DNA from: Candidatus Methanoxibalbensis ujae
GTDB taxonomy: Archaea > Halobacteriota > Syntropharchaeia > Alkanophagales > Methanospirareceae
Direction of reading: 5' to 3'
Assembly (NCBI GenBank): GCA_026134085.1
Contig: JAOQIN010000007.1
Span: 1 to 57,860, forward strand
DNA length: 57,860 nucleotides
Part shown: one piece after another, positions 30,669-40,721 of the stretch
Layout: each line of letters begins with the position of its first letter
Position numbering within the stretch: position 1 is the stretch's first letter
The notes under the pieces: generated by a model
What the model saw: the letters and a program-made list of their open reading frames with translations, nothing else
Told to the model about the DNA's origin: nothing
Database searches by the model: none
Made by a program: the position numbers and the translations under genes

Positions 30669-31888
30669 GGCAGACAATCGCACTCGCACTCATACTGGGG
30701 GTTGCATCTCTTGTTCTCCTCACAAGCACGGATGTTTTCACGCTGTTCGCAAGCCAGCACACATTTGTGAATGTTTCTTTCGCTGAAAATGACATAAATT
30801 GCGCTGATTGTCACCACCGCATTCAGGAAGAGCTGAACAGTTCTGCCTATCACAATAATTTTAGCTGTGAGGATTGCCACCGCTTCACGGGCACAGGCAT
30901 CACTTTCGCAAGCGGAGACGGAGCATCGGCAACGCCAGGCAGGGAGGCACATGCTGCTTACACGCCCCGCTGCCTTGACTGTCACGGAGGAAGTGGCACC
31001 TGGATTGGCAGTGAATTTGCACCACCCGCAAAGGAATTCAACGAATCAAATTACGGAAGCAATTACTCCGCTCACAAAAAACTCGTTTTGAAAGCAAAAA
31101 ACTCAAATATGAGTGCTGGAGAGAACGAAGCATGCCTGGTTTGCCACACGAACTACTCATGCAAAATCTCATATTCGTATTTCTACAACATAAATTACAC
31201 GCTCGAAAACTGGAGTTTCAGCAGTTTCTCTTACAACGGCACGAGATATTACGATGTTCAGTGGGTTAAGTCTGGAGCAAAGCACGAATTTCTTGACTTG
31301 GATAAAATAAAATGCACGAAATGCCACAAAAACATATACGATGCGCTTGTTAATGGCACTTCTGGAAGCGGGGAGAATTATTTAACGCATGCACCGATTG
31401 AAATTGATACGACCGGGAGCGGTAATTGGGACACCGACAATGCATGGGGTCATTACAGATATCATTACATTCCTTCCTATCGTGCTGTGCATGTCAACAG
31501 CTCCTACTGCTTCAGATGTCATAATGTTGACAAATATGCTGATGAAAATCCTTCATATGCATTAACTTACAACCTGAGTTATGTGATTGAGGATACAAAC
31601 TCAACAGATGTCCACTGTGCTGAGGCGCTTACATGTGCAACATGTCATGCCAAGGGTAAGACGAAGGAGGTGATTGATAACACCGATAGGAGCGGAGAGG
31701 GACACAGCGGTGAAGATTTTGTCGGAAATATTTCATATGCGAGAACATTTAACGGCGATATCTGCATGGGCTGTCATGAGGCTGCTGTCCATCCTGATGG
31801 AGGGGGTCAATGCAGCAGATGTCATAAATGGGGGAATGCCGAAGTGTATATTGAATCAGAACCATCGGGATATGCTGAAAACACATGA
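30665..31888 (+). CDS. Secreted multiheme c-type cytochrome (9 CxxCH), paralog of the upstream gene
   Basis: Signal peptide; CADCH, CEDCH, CLDCH, CLVCH, CTKCH, CFRCH, CATCH, CMGCH, CSRCH. Confidence 0.9.
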   Translation: MRQTIALALILGVASLVLLTSTDVFTLFASQHTFVNVSFAENDINCADCHHRIQEELNSSAYHNNFSCEDCHRFTGTGITFASGDGASATPGREAHAAYTPRCLDCHGGSGTWIGSEFAPPAKEFNESNYGSNYSAHKKLVLKAKNSNMSAGENEACLVCHTNYSCKISYSYFYNINYTLENWSFSSFSYNGTRYYDVQWVKSGAKHEFLDLDKIKCTKCHKNIYDALVNGTSGSGENYLTHAPIEIDTTGSGNWDTDNAWGHYRYHYIPSYRAVHVNSSYCFRCHNVDKYADENPSYALTYNLSYVIEDTNSTDVHCAEALTCATCHAKGKTKEVIDNTDRSGEGHSGEDFVGNISYARTFNGDICMGCHEAAVHPDGGGQCSRCHKWGNAEVYIESEPSGYAENT

Positions 31889-31996
31889 AGTCACATGAAG
31901 TCGCCGGGAGAGGGTCAGCGCATGCAGCGCGCATGCAGCGAGGGGGCAGAAGTAAAAGCGAAATGGATTAAATATGAGATGACAGGATGATAAAGG

Positions 31997-32836
31997 ATGG
32001 TGGCTGGAGTATCAGTGCTCGAGAGGCTTGGTCTTATATTTGCGTTCACTGCTGGCATGATACTCACGGCGTTCTCCGCTCTATCTGTCGTTGTTGATTT
32101 TCTGAGATTTGACATTGTCAGTGTTGAGATAGATATAGTTTTTCTCTGTATAGGTATGATTATATGCATATTCTGCGTTAAAACATACAAAAAAACGATG
32201 TATTATGCGAAGCTTGCTGACAGCGCATTTGAGGAGGGCATTTACAAAAGATTGGAGCCTGTTCTGAGGAAGTTTGCAGAGATTTATGTGCAGATGGGTG
32301 ATATTGAATCAAGACTTGATCTTATAGACAAAAAGGTTGAAACTGTTATAGAAGAGAATGTCTCGAGGAATCCAAGTTTGACATCAGAGCATATGGTTCC
32401 CGGCACATCAGTGAGCTTCGCTGTAAAAGCAATATTCGCAGCAATCATAACCGTAGGTGGATTCTTCTTCATGCTGCAGACATTTATTCCGGGGACAGAA
32501 TATGCGGTTCTCCTGTTCTACATCATATGGTGGATACTCATAACACAGGAGTTCTCACTTTTAAGGGAGGAATCAACAATGTTGCTGTCGCTTATCGCAC
32601 TTTTCATTCCTATACTCACTGTGCCAGTCGGTTTTATACTCGTTAATGCTTTCATCATATTTCTAAAAGACTCTGGAATACTGAATATACCGACCGGAGG
32701 CGCTGGAAATATAACAACAAGCATATTTTACATACTCCTCGCAGTATATGCGGTTGCATATTACTCATCAGCTGTGCGTGCCAAATATGGGGTCTCTCCC
32801 ATTGATATCAAAAAAGTGTTTCTTATGAAAAGATAG
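31997..32836 (+). CDS. Hypothetical multi-pass membrane protein with coiled-coil
   Basis: 2 TM, then a coiled segment (IESRLDLIDKKVETVIEE), then about 4 TM; co-oriented with the cytochromes. Confidence 0.7.
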   Translation: MVAGVSVLERLGLIFAFTAGMILTAFSALSVVVDFLRFDIVSVEIDIVFLCIGMIICIFCVKTYKKTMYYAKLADSAFEEGIYKRLEPVLRKFAEIYVQMGDIESRLDLIDKKVETVIEENVSRNPSLTSEHMVPGTSVSFAVKAIFAAIITVGGFFFMLQTFIPGTEYAVLLFYIIWWILITQEFSLLREESTMLLSLIALFIPILTVPVGFILVNAFIIFLKDSGILNIPTGGAGNITTSIFYILLAVYAVAYYSSAVRAKYGVSPIDIKKVFLMKR

Positions 32837-33084
32837 TGCTGAGATGCTGAGATGCGCTCCAACCAAACTCTCCAACCAAACTCAACTGAGTAAAATGCAA
32901 AAGCAGGATGAAGCGCCAGAGCAAATCAGGTGATGAAAGAGGAAAGAACAACAAAAGAAAAGGAAAGGAAAAGAGGAGAAAAGAGGAGAAAAAAGGAGAA
33001 GAAAAAAGAAGAGAAAAGAAGAGAAGAAGAGGAGAGGGTTTGAGAGAAGTATAGGACAGTGTGAGTGAGGAGGGCGTGTGCGGG

Positions 33085-33564
33085 GTGAACTACAGAGGTC
33101 ATCTCACAGTCGGCATTGCGACATTCATGCTGTTGTATGTGCTTTTGTTTCTGCTGAACATACGCATAAGCGCTCTGAACACACTCATTGGATTTTTCGT
33201 GTGCATGTTTGGTTCGCTTGCTCCTGATCTTGACATAAAGAGCAGCAAAATACATCGCTGGTCTTATATAGGAGCTTTTTTCACCGGAATTGCATTGTTT
33301 TTTCTTATTGTGAATGATGATTTCATCACAGCGCTCGTGATATCATCAGTCATCACATGCATTCTCTTTCTTTCTGTGTTTTTTCTTGCAAAATTAAAGC
33401 ACCGCGGCTTCACTCATCATATGTCCGGCTTCATTTTGTTTGTGATATGCGTGCTCCTGTTTTTTCATCTGATAAAGATGCATGTCCCGTTGCTCAGTCC
33501 GGAGGTCGTGACATTGTTCGGGGCATCTGGATATCTCAGCCATATCATCGCGGACTTCATATAG
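33085..33564 (+). CDS. YdjM-like membrane metal-dependent hydrolase
   Basis: RGH, PDLD, HRGFTH and SHIIAD motifs. Confidence 0.8.
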   Translation: MNYRGHLTVGIATFMLLYVLLFLLNIRISALNTLIGFFVCMFGSLAPDLDIKSSKIHRWSYIGAFFTGIALFFLIVNDDFITALVISSVITCILFLSVFFLAKLKHRGFTHHMSGFILFVICVLLFFHLIKMHVPLLSPEVVTLFGASGYLSHIIADFI

Positions 33565-33569
33565 GGGGG

Positions 33570-34100
33570 TGCAGTTTGTCTTTATGGACACATCTGCGGA
33601 CACACCTGCACTTTAGGACACATCAACCTCCACTCCTCTGAGCGGGAGCATGTCATCGGTCTCGTCCCCATCGCATACAAAATCCCCACACACCAAGTCG
33701 GGAGATGCAGATGCGTTTGTCCTTCCATAACCGAATATCATTCACTCGGTTTTGCTCTCTGTGTTTATACTTTGCCATCAACCTCTTATTTTTTGTTCTG
33801 TTTTCTGAGTTTTTTCCTGAATTCTTTTCCTTTTTCATACTCTCTATGGATTGTATAGATATCTTTGAGAGGTTATAGTGTTGTTTACAATCGTAGCCAT
33901 CAGGGATTACAATCCATCCGACAGGCTTCTCAATACGAAGTTCCTTCATAGTCCAGAATGTAAATGTAATGCTGTCCTTTTTCAAAATTATGCATCCAAG
34001 ATACGAATTCTCCATCCCGAAACCGGTATCAAATCAAATTCCATGTCGGCTCTATTGTTATCCTCACTTTTCCATTTCCATATGAAAACAGCGTTGTTTT
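33570..34100 (-). pseudogene. tnpB: TnpB (IS200/IS605 OrfB) remnant
   Basis: Frameshifted fragments LSKIYTIHREYEK and LMAKYKHREQNRVNDI, typical of archaeal TnpB. Confidence 0.55.
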
Positions 34101-34489
34101 GACATAACTCTCCTATTATTACTTTTTATTACTGGCATTTTTCTGTCTGCATGCCCTTTTTGTCTTTTTGTATATCTTCCTCTCAGTATTACACAGAATT
34201 TATGGCACTACATAATGCGATGCATATTTCCAGTCATTTAGTGCAGAGTTCCGAATTTTTGAATTATAGGTATTACAGGCGAGATCCCTATCCCCTGGTT
34301 TCCATCGTATGTTGCTCCACATATCTCCGATTATTGCATTGAGAAGCCAAGTACAACGAAATAAATCCGTCCAGATTATCTGTTCTTGACACCTCATTCA
34401 CGTTTTTCCATCAATATAATTCCATCAATATAATGTCCATCTGATATTCAACTGGAAGGCGCGGGACGCAGTGATATGGGGAGTATGAT

Positions 34490-34697
34490 GTCAACTATCA
34501 CCTCTGAAGACGGAGGCTTGCAGGTGATCGCTATGGAAGGCGCCCCCTACATCAGGCCACAATCAGCCGTTTCTCCCCTATGGGGAGTGCCCTAAGGCTC
34601 TATCTTAAATTGTCACTCTCAAATTGCCACTCAAGCTTAATTAACGGAGGAAGGCGGCATTCCTCCACCTATCGGAGGTCTCCTGCCGCCAGGGCTT
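34490..34697 (-). mobile_element. ORF-less IS200/IS605-type miniature element (both ends retained)
   Basis: Minus strand: TCAT, then left-end hairpin GGCGGCAGGAGACCTCCGATAGGTGGAGGAATGCCGCC, ending in right end CAAGCCTCCGTCTTCAGAGGTGATAGTTGAC. Confidence 0.6.
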
Positions 34698-34740
34698 ATG
34701 AACACGAAGACACGAAGAATGGGGTTCGCTGACCCTGCTC

Positions 34741-35304
34741 TCAATGACGAAATACAGGAGGCAGGAATTTTAATGCGAATACGAGCAGTGCGCATATGAA
34801 TGTGACGAATTCAATGCCACTCCCTATAAGAGGTATCTCAGGAACTCCAGGCGACGGCACTGTGGCATACACAACCTCCCCAACCTTACCGACATTCTCG
34901 CAGCCTATCGCAGTGCTCAGCCCTGTCTCCCTGACACTGAGTCTGAATGAGAGGTCATAGCTCGACAGCACGACAGGATAGAAGAAAAATACGCCTGTGT
35001 GAAAAGCGTCAAGCAGCACATGCAACGCAACGAGCACTGATGCAAAACAGAAATAACAGAAACTCTGCATTTTTCGCACTTCTCCACGCACTCGCAGCAG
35101 CGCTCGCAATGCGACAAATGACAACACTGGCGTCAAAATGAAGAATATGTTGTGCAATGTGGCTCTGTGTATGCCGATAAACGCGTCAATATCGCTCAAT
35201 ATGCCGAAAGGAACCAGAAGGACAGCCTTCTTCCATTCGTTCTTATCAACAAATGAGGAAATCACGAAAAGGGAGATTGCGAGATGCCAGCCCAATGATG
35301 GCAT
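34741..35304 (-). CDS. Membrane metal-dependent hydrolase (YdjM-like)
   Basis: WH, SDID, HRATLHN, HVLLD and FFYP motifs. Confidence 0.75.
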   Translation of the reverse strand: MPSLGWHLAISLFVISSFVDKNEWKKAVLLVPFGILSDIDAFIGIHRATLHNIFFILTPVLSFVALRALLRVRGEVRKMQSFCYFCFASVLVALHVLLDAFHTGVFFFYPVVLSSYDLSFRLSVRETGLSTAIGCENVGKVGEVVYATVPSPGVPEIPLIGSGIEFVTFICALLVFALKFLPPVFRH

Positions 35305-35324
35305 GTGCTTATCTTGTCCTCAAA

Positions 35325-37649
35325 TCACATAAATCTGCTCCACTCCTCAAAATTGAGGTGAACGATTGAACGGACGCTGTCAGCGCTGAGCTCGCGCATC
35401 TCATAATATCTGCCGCATGCGTGTTTTGCTATATCATGACAAAATCCGAGGCGGGGGCTCAGATTTCTTCCCATGGCTGAATTTGAGCCGGCTGCTTGCT
35501 CTGCATCTATCACGACCGTCCATATGTTGTTATCAGCGAGCATTTCTGAAATTTTCAGTATTTCCGTTTTCAATTCACCCAATTCTGTGCATGCGCTCGG
35601 CGAATTGAGAGAGAGAGGGACATTCGCACGACCGTCGGATATTATGACGAGCATCGGAATCACATCCCTGTTCTTCCTTCGCTCGTTGATCAGCATTTCA
35701 AAGCCCTTCAAAATTCCTGCTGCGAGCGGTGTCCTCCCGCCTGTCGGGATGTTCTCAAGCATTTTCTTCGCAAGATCAACACTCGTGCACAGCGGCAGAA
35801 CAACATCCGCATCTTTCCCTCTGAAAGCCACAAGCCCTATCTTGTCACGGTGCCTGTATGCATCCATAAGAAGCGACAGAACAGCTCCTTTCGCACTTTC
35901 CATACGCTTCATCACGCCCATTGAACCGGATGCATCAACAACAAACACGCATGCGAATGATGTCTTCCCGACACGCACCTTCTCCATGATGTCCTCATCA
36001 GAAATCGCTATTTTCACGCCGCTCATGCGCTTTTCTCTCTCCTTTCTGTCTCCTTCATCGCCTCCATCTCCTCCTCCATCTCCTCCATCAGAAGGCGGCG
36101 CTTTGACTGATGAGGTGGCTTTCGTGGTGGCTTTCGTGGTGGCTGCTGCGATTGTTGATGCGGCGGATGACATGGCTGTTGATGTGGCGGATGATGTGCG
36201 ATGTGACATCCGGGCATGGCGGAGTGCTGCCGCTCTGATTGTCGCGTCAATAGCGATATCACGCACATTTCCCATGGGATTTTTTGCTCTGAAATATCTG
36301 CCTTTGCTGCTTGTTGTGAGGGTTTTCACATGTCTTCCATGAGGCATTCTGTATTTTCTGTCTGTGCTGCGCATTCTCATGATGTAAGAAGCATCTATTG
36401 CATCGTTTATACCGAATGTGAGGGATGTGCTGCCCTCTTCGCCTTCAGCTGCCTCAGCATACTGCTCACCGCCTCCTCCGGCGCTTTTTTTCACATCAGC
36501 AGAATGCCTGTCGTGATTGTGCTCATGATTATGCTCATGATGAGAATGATTGTGCTCATGATTGTGCTCATGATGATGTTCATGATGATGTTCATGTTCA
36601 TTGCTCCGATCTTTTGAGGCAGCGAGTGCTTCTTCTATTTTCTGTTGCTCTATTGTCGGAGATTCAAATGGTTTTCTGCGCATTCTGTGAGGTAATGCGA
36701 GCATCATGGCCTTCTTCACATCATCTCTCACGACCTCCCTGCGCCCGTTGAAAGCGGCGAGAGCCTTCGCAGTCCTCACCACAACGATCTCCGCCCTGTG
36801 CGTCTTCACACCGAGTTCAACGCAGGCCCTCGCGATCATGCGCAGCATGTCATCGCTTATACTCACAGATCTAAGAAGTGATTTCGCATGTAATATGCGG
36901 TTTTTCATCTCTTCCTGCTTATCAGCAAACGAATATGCGAATTTCTCAGGGTCTTCATCAAAATATTCAACAACCTTCACAATCTCCACTCTTTTATCCA
37001 CATCATCTATGCTTTCAACTTCCACCTGCAATCCAAATCTGTCGAGCAATTGAGGTCTTAACTCGCCTTCTTCAGGATTCATTGTGCCTATCAAAATGAA
37101 TTTTGAAGGATGTGCGACTGAGATGCCCTCCCGTTCAACTATGTTCACGCCCATCGCAGCAGCATCAAGGAGGACATCAGCAACATGGTCGTCAAGCAGG
37201 TTCACCTCATCTATGTATAAGATACCGCGGTTCGCCTCAGCGAGGATTCCGGGCTCCAAAGCCTTTATGCCCTCTTTTATTGCTCGCTCAACATCAAGCG
37301 TTCCAACCACTCTCTCCTCAGTCGCGCCGAGAGGAAGCTCAACGACAGGCATCTTCCTGCGCACAACTTCAAGCGCCTCTCCCTTCACAAAGCGCTCGTA
37401 GCATGCATCGCACATCTCACGCTCGTCGTGCGGATTGCAGTTGAAGGGACACCCCTTCACAACCTCCATCTCCGGCAGAAGATCGGCCAGCGCACGCACA
37501 GCTGTTGATTTCGCGGTCCCCTTCTCGCCTCTTATCAGAACACCACCTATCGCGGGATTTATGGTATTCAGGATCAATGCAAGACGCATGTCCTCCTGTC
37601 CCACAATCGCCGTGAAAGGCAGTATCTTGCGCCTCAGATGGTGAGTCAT
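35325..37649 (-). CDS. chlD: ChlI/ChlD-type chelatase ATPase (AAA+ plus vWA), likely cobalt chelatase subunit
   Basis: [53 protein letters not shown]; His-rich linker. Confidence 0.9.
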   Translation of the reverse strand: MTHHLRRKILPFTAIVGQEDMRLALILNTINPAIGGVLIRGEKGTAKSTAVRALADLLPEMEVVKGCPFNCNPHDEREMCDACYERFVKGEALEVVRRKMPVVELPLGATEERVVGTLDVERAIKEGIKALEPGILAEANRGILYIDEVNLLDDHVADVLLDAAAMGVNIVEREGISVAHPSKFILIGTMNPEEGELRPQLLDRFGLQVEVESIDDVDKRVEIVKVVEYFDEDPEKFAYSFADKQEEMKNRILHAKSLLRSVSISDDMLRMIARACVELGVKTHRAEIVVVRTAKALAAFNGRREVVRDDVKKAMMLALPHRMRRKPFESPTIEQQKIEEALAASKDRSNEHEHHHEHHHEHNHEHNHSHHEHNHEHNHDRHSADVKKSAGGGGEQYAEAAEGEEGSTSLTFGINDAIDASYIMRMRSTDRKYRMPHGRHVKTLTTSSKGRYFRAKNPMGNVRDIAIDATIRAAALRHARMSHRTSSATSTAMSSAASTIAAATTKATTKATSSVKAPPSDGGDGGGDGGDEGDRKEREKRMSGVKIAISDEDIMEKVRVGKTSFACVFVVDASGSMGVMKRMESAKGAVLSLLMDAYRHRDKIGLVAFRGKDADVVLPLCTSVDLAKKMLENIPTGGRTPLAAGILKGFEMLINERRKNRDVIPMLVIISDGRANVPLSLNSPSACTELGELKTEILKISEMLADNNIWTVVIDAEQAAGSNSAMGRNLSPRLGFCHDIAKHACGRYYEMRELSADSVRSIVHLNFEEWSRFM

Positions 37650-37935
37650 CTCCTTTCTCGTTTTGTCCTTTTATTCATAAAATTTGCTATTGAGCGCGAA
37701 ATGTGTGATCAATCGTAAATTCCGTGCAATGATTCTGGCAGATCAGGTGATCATATCCGTCATGGTGGCCGAGAGTTGAATTATGGTGGCCGAGAGTTGA
37801 ATCTGGCAGTCAGGTGAGGCTGTCAGAAACTTGTCCGCACAGCCACAAAACATCACCCGACGCTCGCCATCAGCTCTACCGCAGGTAACCTGCCGTTGTG
37901 CCGGCAGCTGACCTCTCTCATATGAGAGCATGGTC

Positions 37936-38553
37936 TCATCTGTGGAATTTCTTTCCAACGATATACACCTCTGAGCTTCTTTTTCTCGTTGCTTCCGGCG
38001 TGAACGCTTTTACCATAGAAAAGTTTTCCCGTGCAATATCGTAGAACTGTTTGAATTCAGCTCCCTGAAATATTTTAGTGACGAAATTGCCCCCATTCCT
38101 CAGCAGTTCATGAGCAATACGCAGTGCGCATGAGCTCAGTTCAAACGAAAGATACTGATCATAGCTGCGATTTCCGCTTAAATTTGGCGATACATCTGAG
38201 AGGACAACATCCACGAGCGTTTTTCCGAGAGCATCACGGATAGCACGCACAGTTCCCGCGACATCTCTTATATCGCTTCTCACAAATATCACGCCGCTCA
38301 ATCTGAACGGCTTTATGTCAACGCTCACCACACGACCCTCCTCACCGACTATGCGAGATGCGACCTGCGACCAGCCACCAGGCGCTGCACCGAGATCAAC
38401 AACAATATCTCCTCTTTGCATCAGATGAAACCTCTTCTGCAATGCAATCAGTTTAAAAGCGGAACGAGAGCGGTATCCCCGCTCCTTCGCACGCTTGTAA
38501 AACCTGTCCCTTTCCAGTTCAGACGGCTTTACCATTTCCTCTTCCCGCATCAC
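37936..38553 (-). CDS. rlmE: 23S rRNA Um2552 methyltransferase
   Basis: YRSRSAFKL, DLGAAPGGW, SD.SPN and KIFQG motifs. Confidence 0.95.
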   Translation of the reverse strand: MMREEEMVKPSELERDRFYKRAKERGYRSRSAFKLIALQKRFHLMQRGDIVVDLGAAPGGWSQVASRIVGEEGRVVSVDIKPFRLSGVIFVRSDIRDVAGTVRAIRDALGKTLVDVVLSDVSPNLSGNRSYDQYLSFELSSCALRIAHELLRNGGNFVTKIFQGAEFKQFYDIARENFSMVKAFTPEATRKRSSEVYIVGKKFHR

Positions 38554-38579
38554 ACTGCTCCATCACTCAGGCGAGTGAC

Positions 38580-38744
38580 TCACTCCTCCGTCACACGCAC
38601 TTCTATTTTTTTCCAGTTCCTCTCATCAACTCCTTTCAATGCGGATACGGCGCCTGCTATTGTCCTTCCAATGATCTCCTGCACAAACTCGTTTATTTCT
38701 ATGTGCCTGTCATCCACATATATCTCAGTTCGCATATATCTCAT
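38580..38744 (-). CDS. Small 54-aa protein resembling the MobB C-terminal domain (absent from ORF track)
   Basis: MRYMRTEIYVDDRHIEINEFVQEIIGRTIAGAVSALKGVDERNWKKIEVRVTEE; co-oriented directly upstream of rlmE. Confidence 0.65.
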   Translation of the reverse strand: MRYMRTEIYVDDRHIEINEFVQEIIGRTIAGAVSALKGVDERNWKKIEVRVTEE

Positions 38745-39250
38745 TCTCCCTCATAATAAAAGGCAGCCACTGTGCGACCAACAGGACTGGTGGAGGGGAG
38801 GTTGATGTGCCCCCGTGCACCTATGCTGTGCACCTTTCCGACATACAAAAACGGCGAAGGAGGAACAAAATAAACTCCTTTCGTGAAATTGCGAATCTCC
38901 ATTTTGCCAAAAGTCTGAGATTTCTCCCTAAAGCGGGATGACATCAGTGTGACTGTCGTAGAGGCTGCGGATGATGCAGAGATGATGCGGAGAGGAAGCG
39001 GGTGGCAGGGAGGAAGCGGATAAATGAGCTTTTTGCTTGGGAGATGGGCGCATACTGCGAGAAATGAGAAGATTTAATGATTTTCTGAATCGGAATATGG
39101 ATTATACATGAGAAATACATGAGAAAAGGAGGTGTAGTTATAAAAATCACATTAAGGTAAAAAAGAGGGGAAGAAGCGGACAGATGTGCATGTTCATGTT
39201 GAAGGTGCGTCTGAAGCGCCTGCAGATGTGTTGAAATCGCTTGAAAAAGA

Positions 39251-39326
39251 CATCTTAACCACCTCAAGGAGACTCCATCCGAGAATGTGGAGAGGAATTG
39301 GGGTTTAAAATATATTCTTTCTGAAA
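39251..39326. repeat. Dispersed repeat, copy 1 (matches 57528-57595)
   Basis: CATCT(T)AACCACCTCAAGGAGAC..CATCCGAGA...AAATATATTCTTTC.GAAA shared between the two loci. Confidence 0.75.
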
Positions 39327-40290
39327 GTGTATATAGATGGCGTTTATAAAGGGACAACCCCATTATTCATCAGTGTAGAAGAGGGAAGGCACACAATTAA
39401 GCTCACGAAAGAGTATTACTATGACGTAGAGGAAAGCGTATTTGTTAAAATTGGAGAGACAACTTATGTGAGCAAAACTTTGAAAGGATATGGCTTCATT
39501 CGTGTTGATTCGCTCCCATCAGGAGCGAAAGTTTACTTAGATGGCGTTTATAAAGGGAAAACGCCTTTATTTCTGGGTAAGGTTATTGAAGGCTCACACA
39601 TCATCAAATTAGCAAAATCAGGTTATGCAGAACTGACTAAAACGATATATGTGTATCCTGGCGAAACAACATATGTATTTGAAACTTTATCATTTGCAAC
39701 ATGGTTATTAACTTCTATTTTCGGTATAATAGCACTGATTAGTGTGTTTATCGTTATTTTTGTAATAAGAAAGAAGAGAGAAAAATTGACTGCCACCAAA
39801 GCAGAAGAGATGACAGAGAAAGGAGAAGCGAAAGAAGTAAAAATACCAGAACCAGAAGAAGTAAGAGAAAGATTGAGAGAAACGTATCCAGAAAGAGATG
39901 CTGCGAGACTTGCAAATGCTTTCAGAATTATTCAGGATATAAAAAGTCTTTGCAACACGAATACAAAGGCGAAGGAGATAAGCAAAGAATTTGACCTTTT
40001 GAAGATGTATTTGACAGAGATTGAGCGAGAAGCATGTTGAAGAGGTGAAGGATTTCTGTGAGAAGTTCACGGAGATGTGGATAGCGAGGTTTTTGAGATG
40101 ATGAAAATGCGCAGATGATGAAAATGCGCATGGAGGAGATACGAAAGATGAAAAGAGCCCCAATTCGGAGAAGTTGGAGGCTCGCAACAGTTCCTAAAGC
40201 GCTCACAAATCTCAACGAAGTATAAAGAAGCGCTTATGATATGTTGATGATGAAGCTGTGGCGATGAAGTTGATGAACATAGTGAGGTGG
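39327..40290 (+). pseudogene. 5'-truncated PEGA-domain membrane protein
   Basis: Starts mid-domain (VYIDGVYKGTTP); two PEGA repeats, TM, then a frameshifted tail; no signal peptide. Confidence 0.7.
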
Positions 40291-40484
40291 ATGCTGCGCC
40301 AAACCCGCTCAGGTGTTCCCCAAGTCTCTCGTAGCAACGATGTGCTGGTGCGAAGGATGAGCTACGAGGGTCGAAAGGAGTGCTTGAGCTGGGATGAGCT
40401 TGAATGAAGTTATGTGAGATGTGGGTGACCAAGATAGAAGACAAGGCAGAAAAAAAAGATTATGATGATAAAAATGAGATAAAA

Positions 40485-40721
40485 ATGATATATGGAATAG
40501 AAAAGAAGAAAGTGGATGAACAGGGAAGATTCGTTCTACCATCGGATTGGAGAGCGGAAGAACTAAAAGAGAGCAGAGAAGTATTTGTGATAAAAGGGAA
40601 GGGGTATCTGAAGATCGTGCCGAGGAAGAAGGTGGATCTAACCAGATTCTTTGACAGTGCTGACCCTGGGATGAACATAGAAGATTGGGATGAGTTCGAG
40701 AGGAGATTTTATGAGCAATGA
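40485..40721 (+). CDS. AbrB/MraZ-like antitoxin
   Basis: KKVDEQGRFVLPSDWR; ATGA overlap with PIN gene. Confidence 0.8.
   Translation: MIYGIEKKKVDEQGRFVLPSDWRAEELKESREVFVIKGKGYLKIVPRKKVDLTRFFDSADPGMNIEDWDEFERRFYEQ

Noticed and set aside
35473..36342. Long antisense ORFs such as this 289-aa one and 5714-6319, 8125-8751, 17256-17891
   Set aside because: They are shadows of well-supported genes on the opposite strand, with no motifs of their own.
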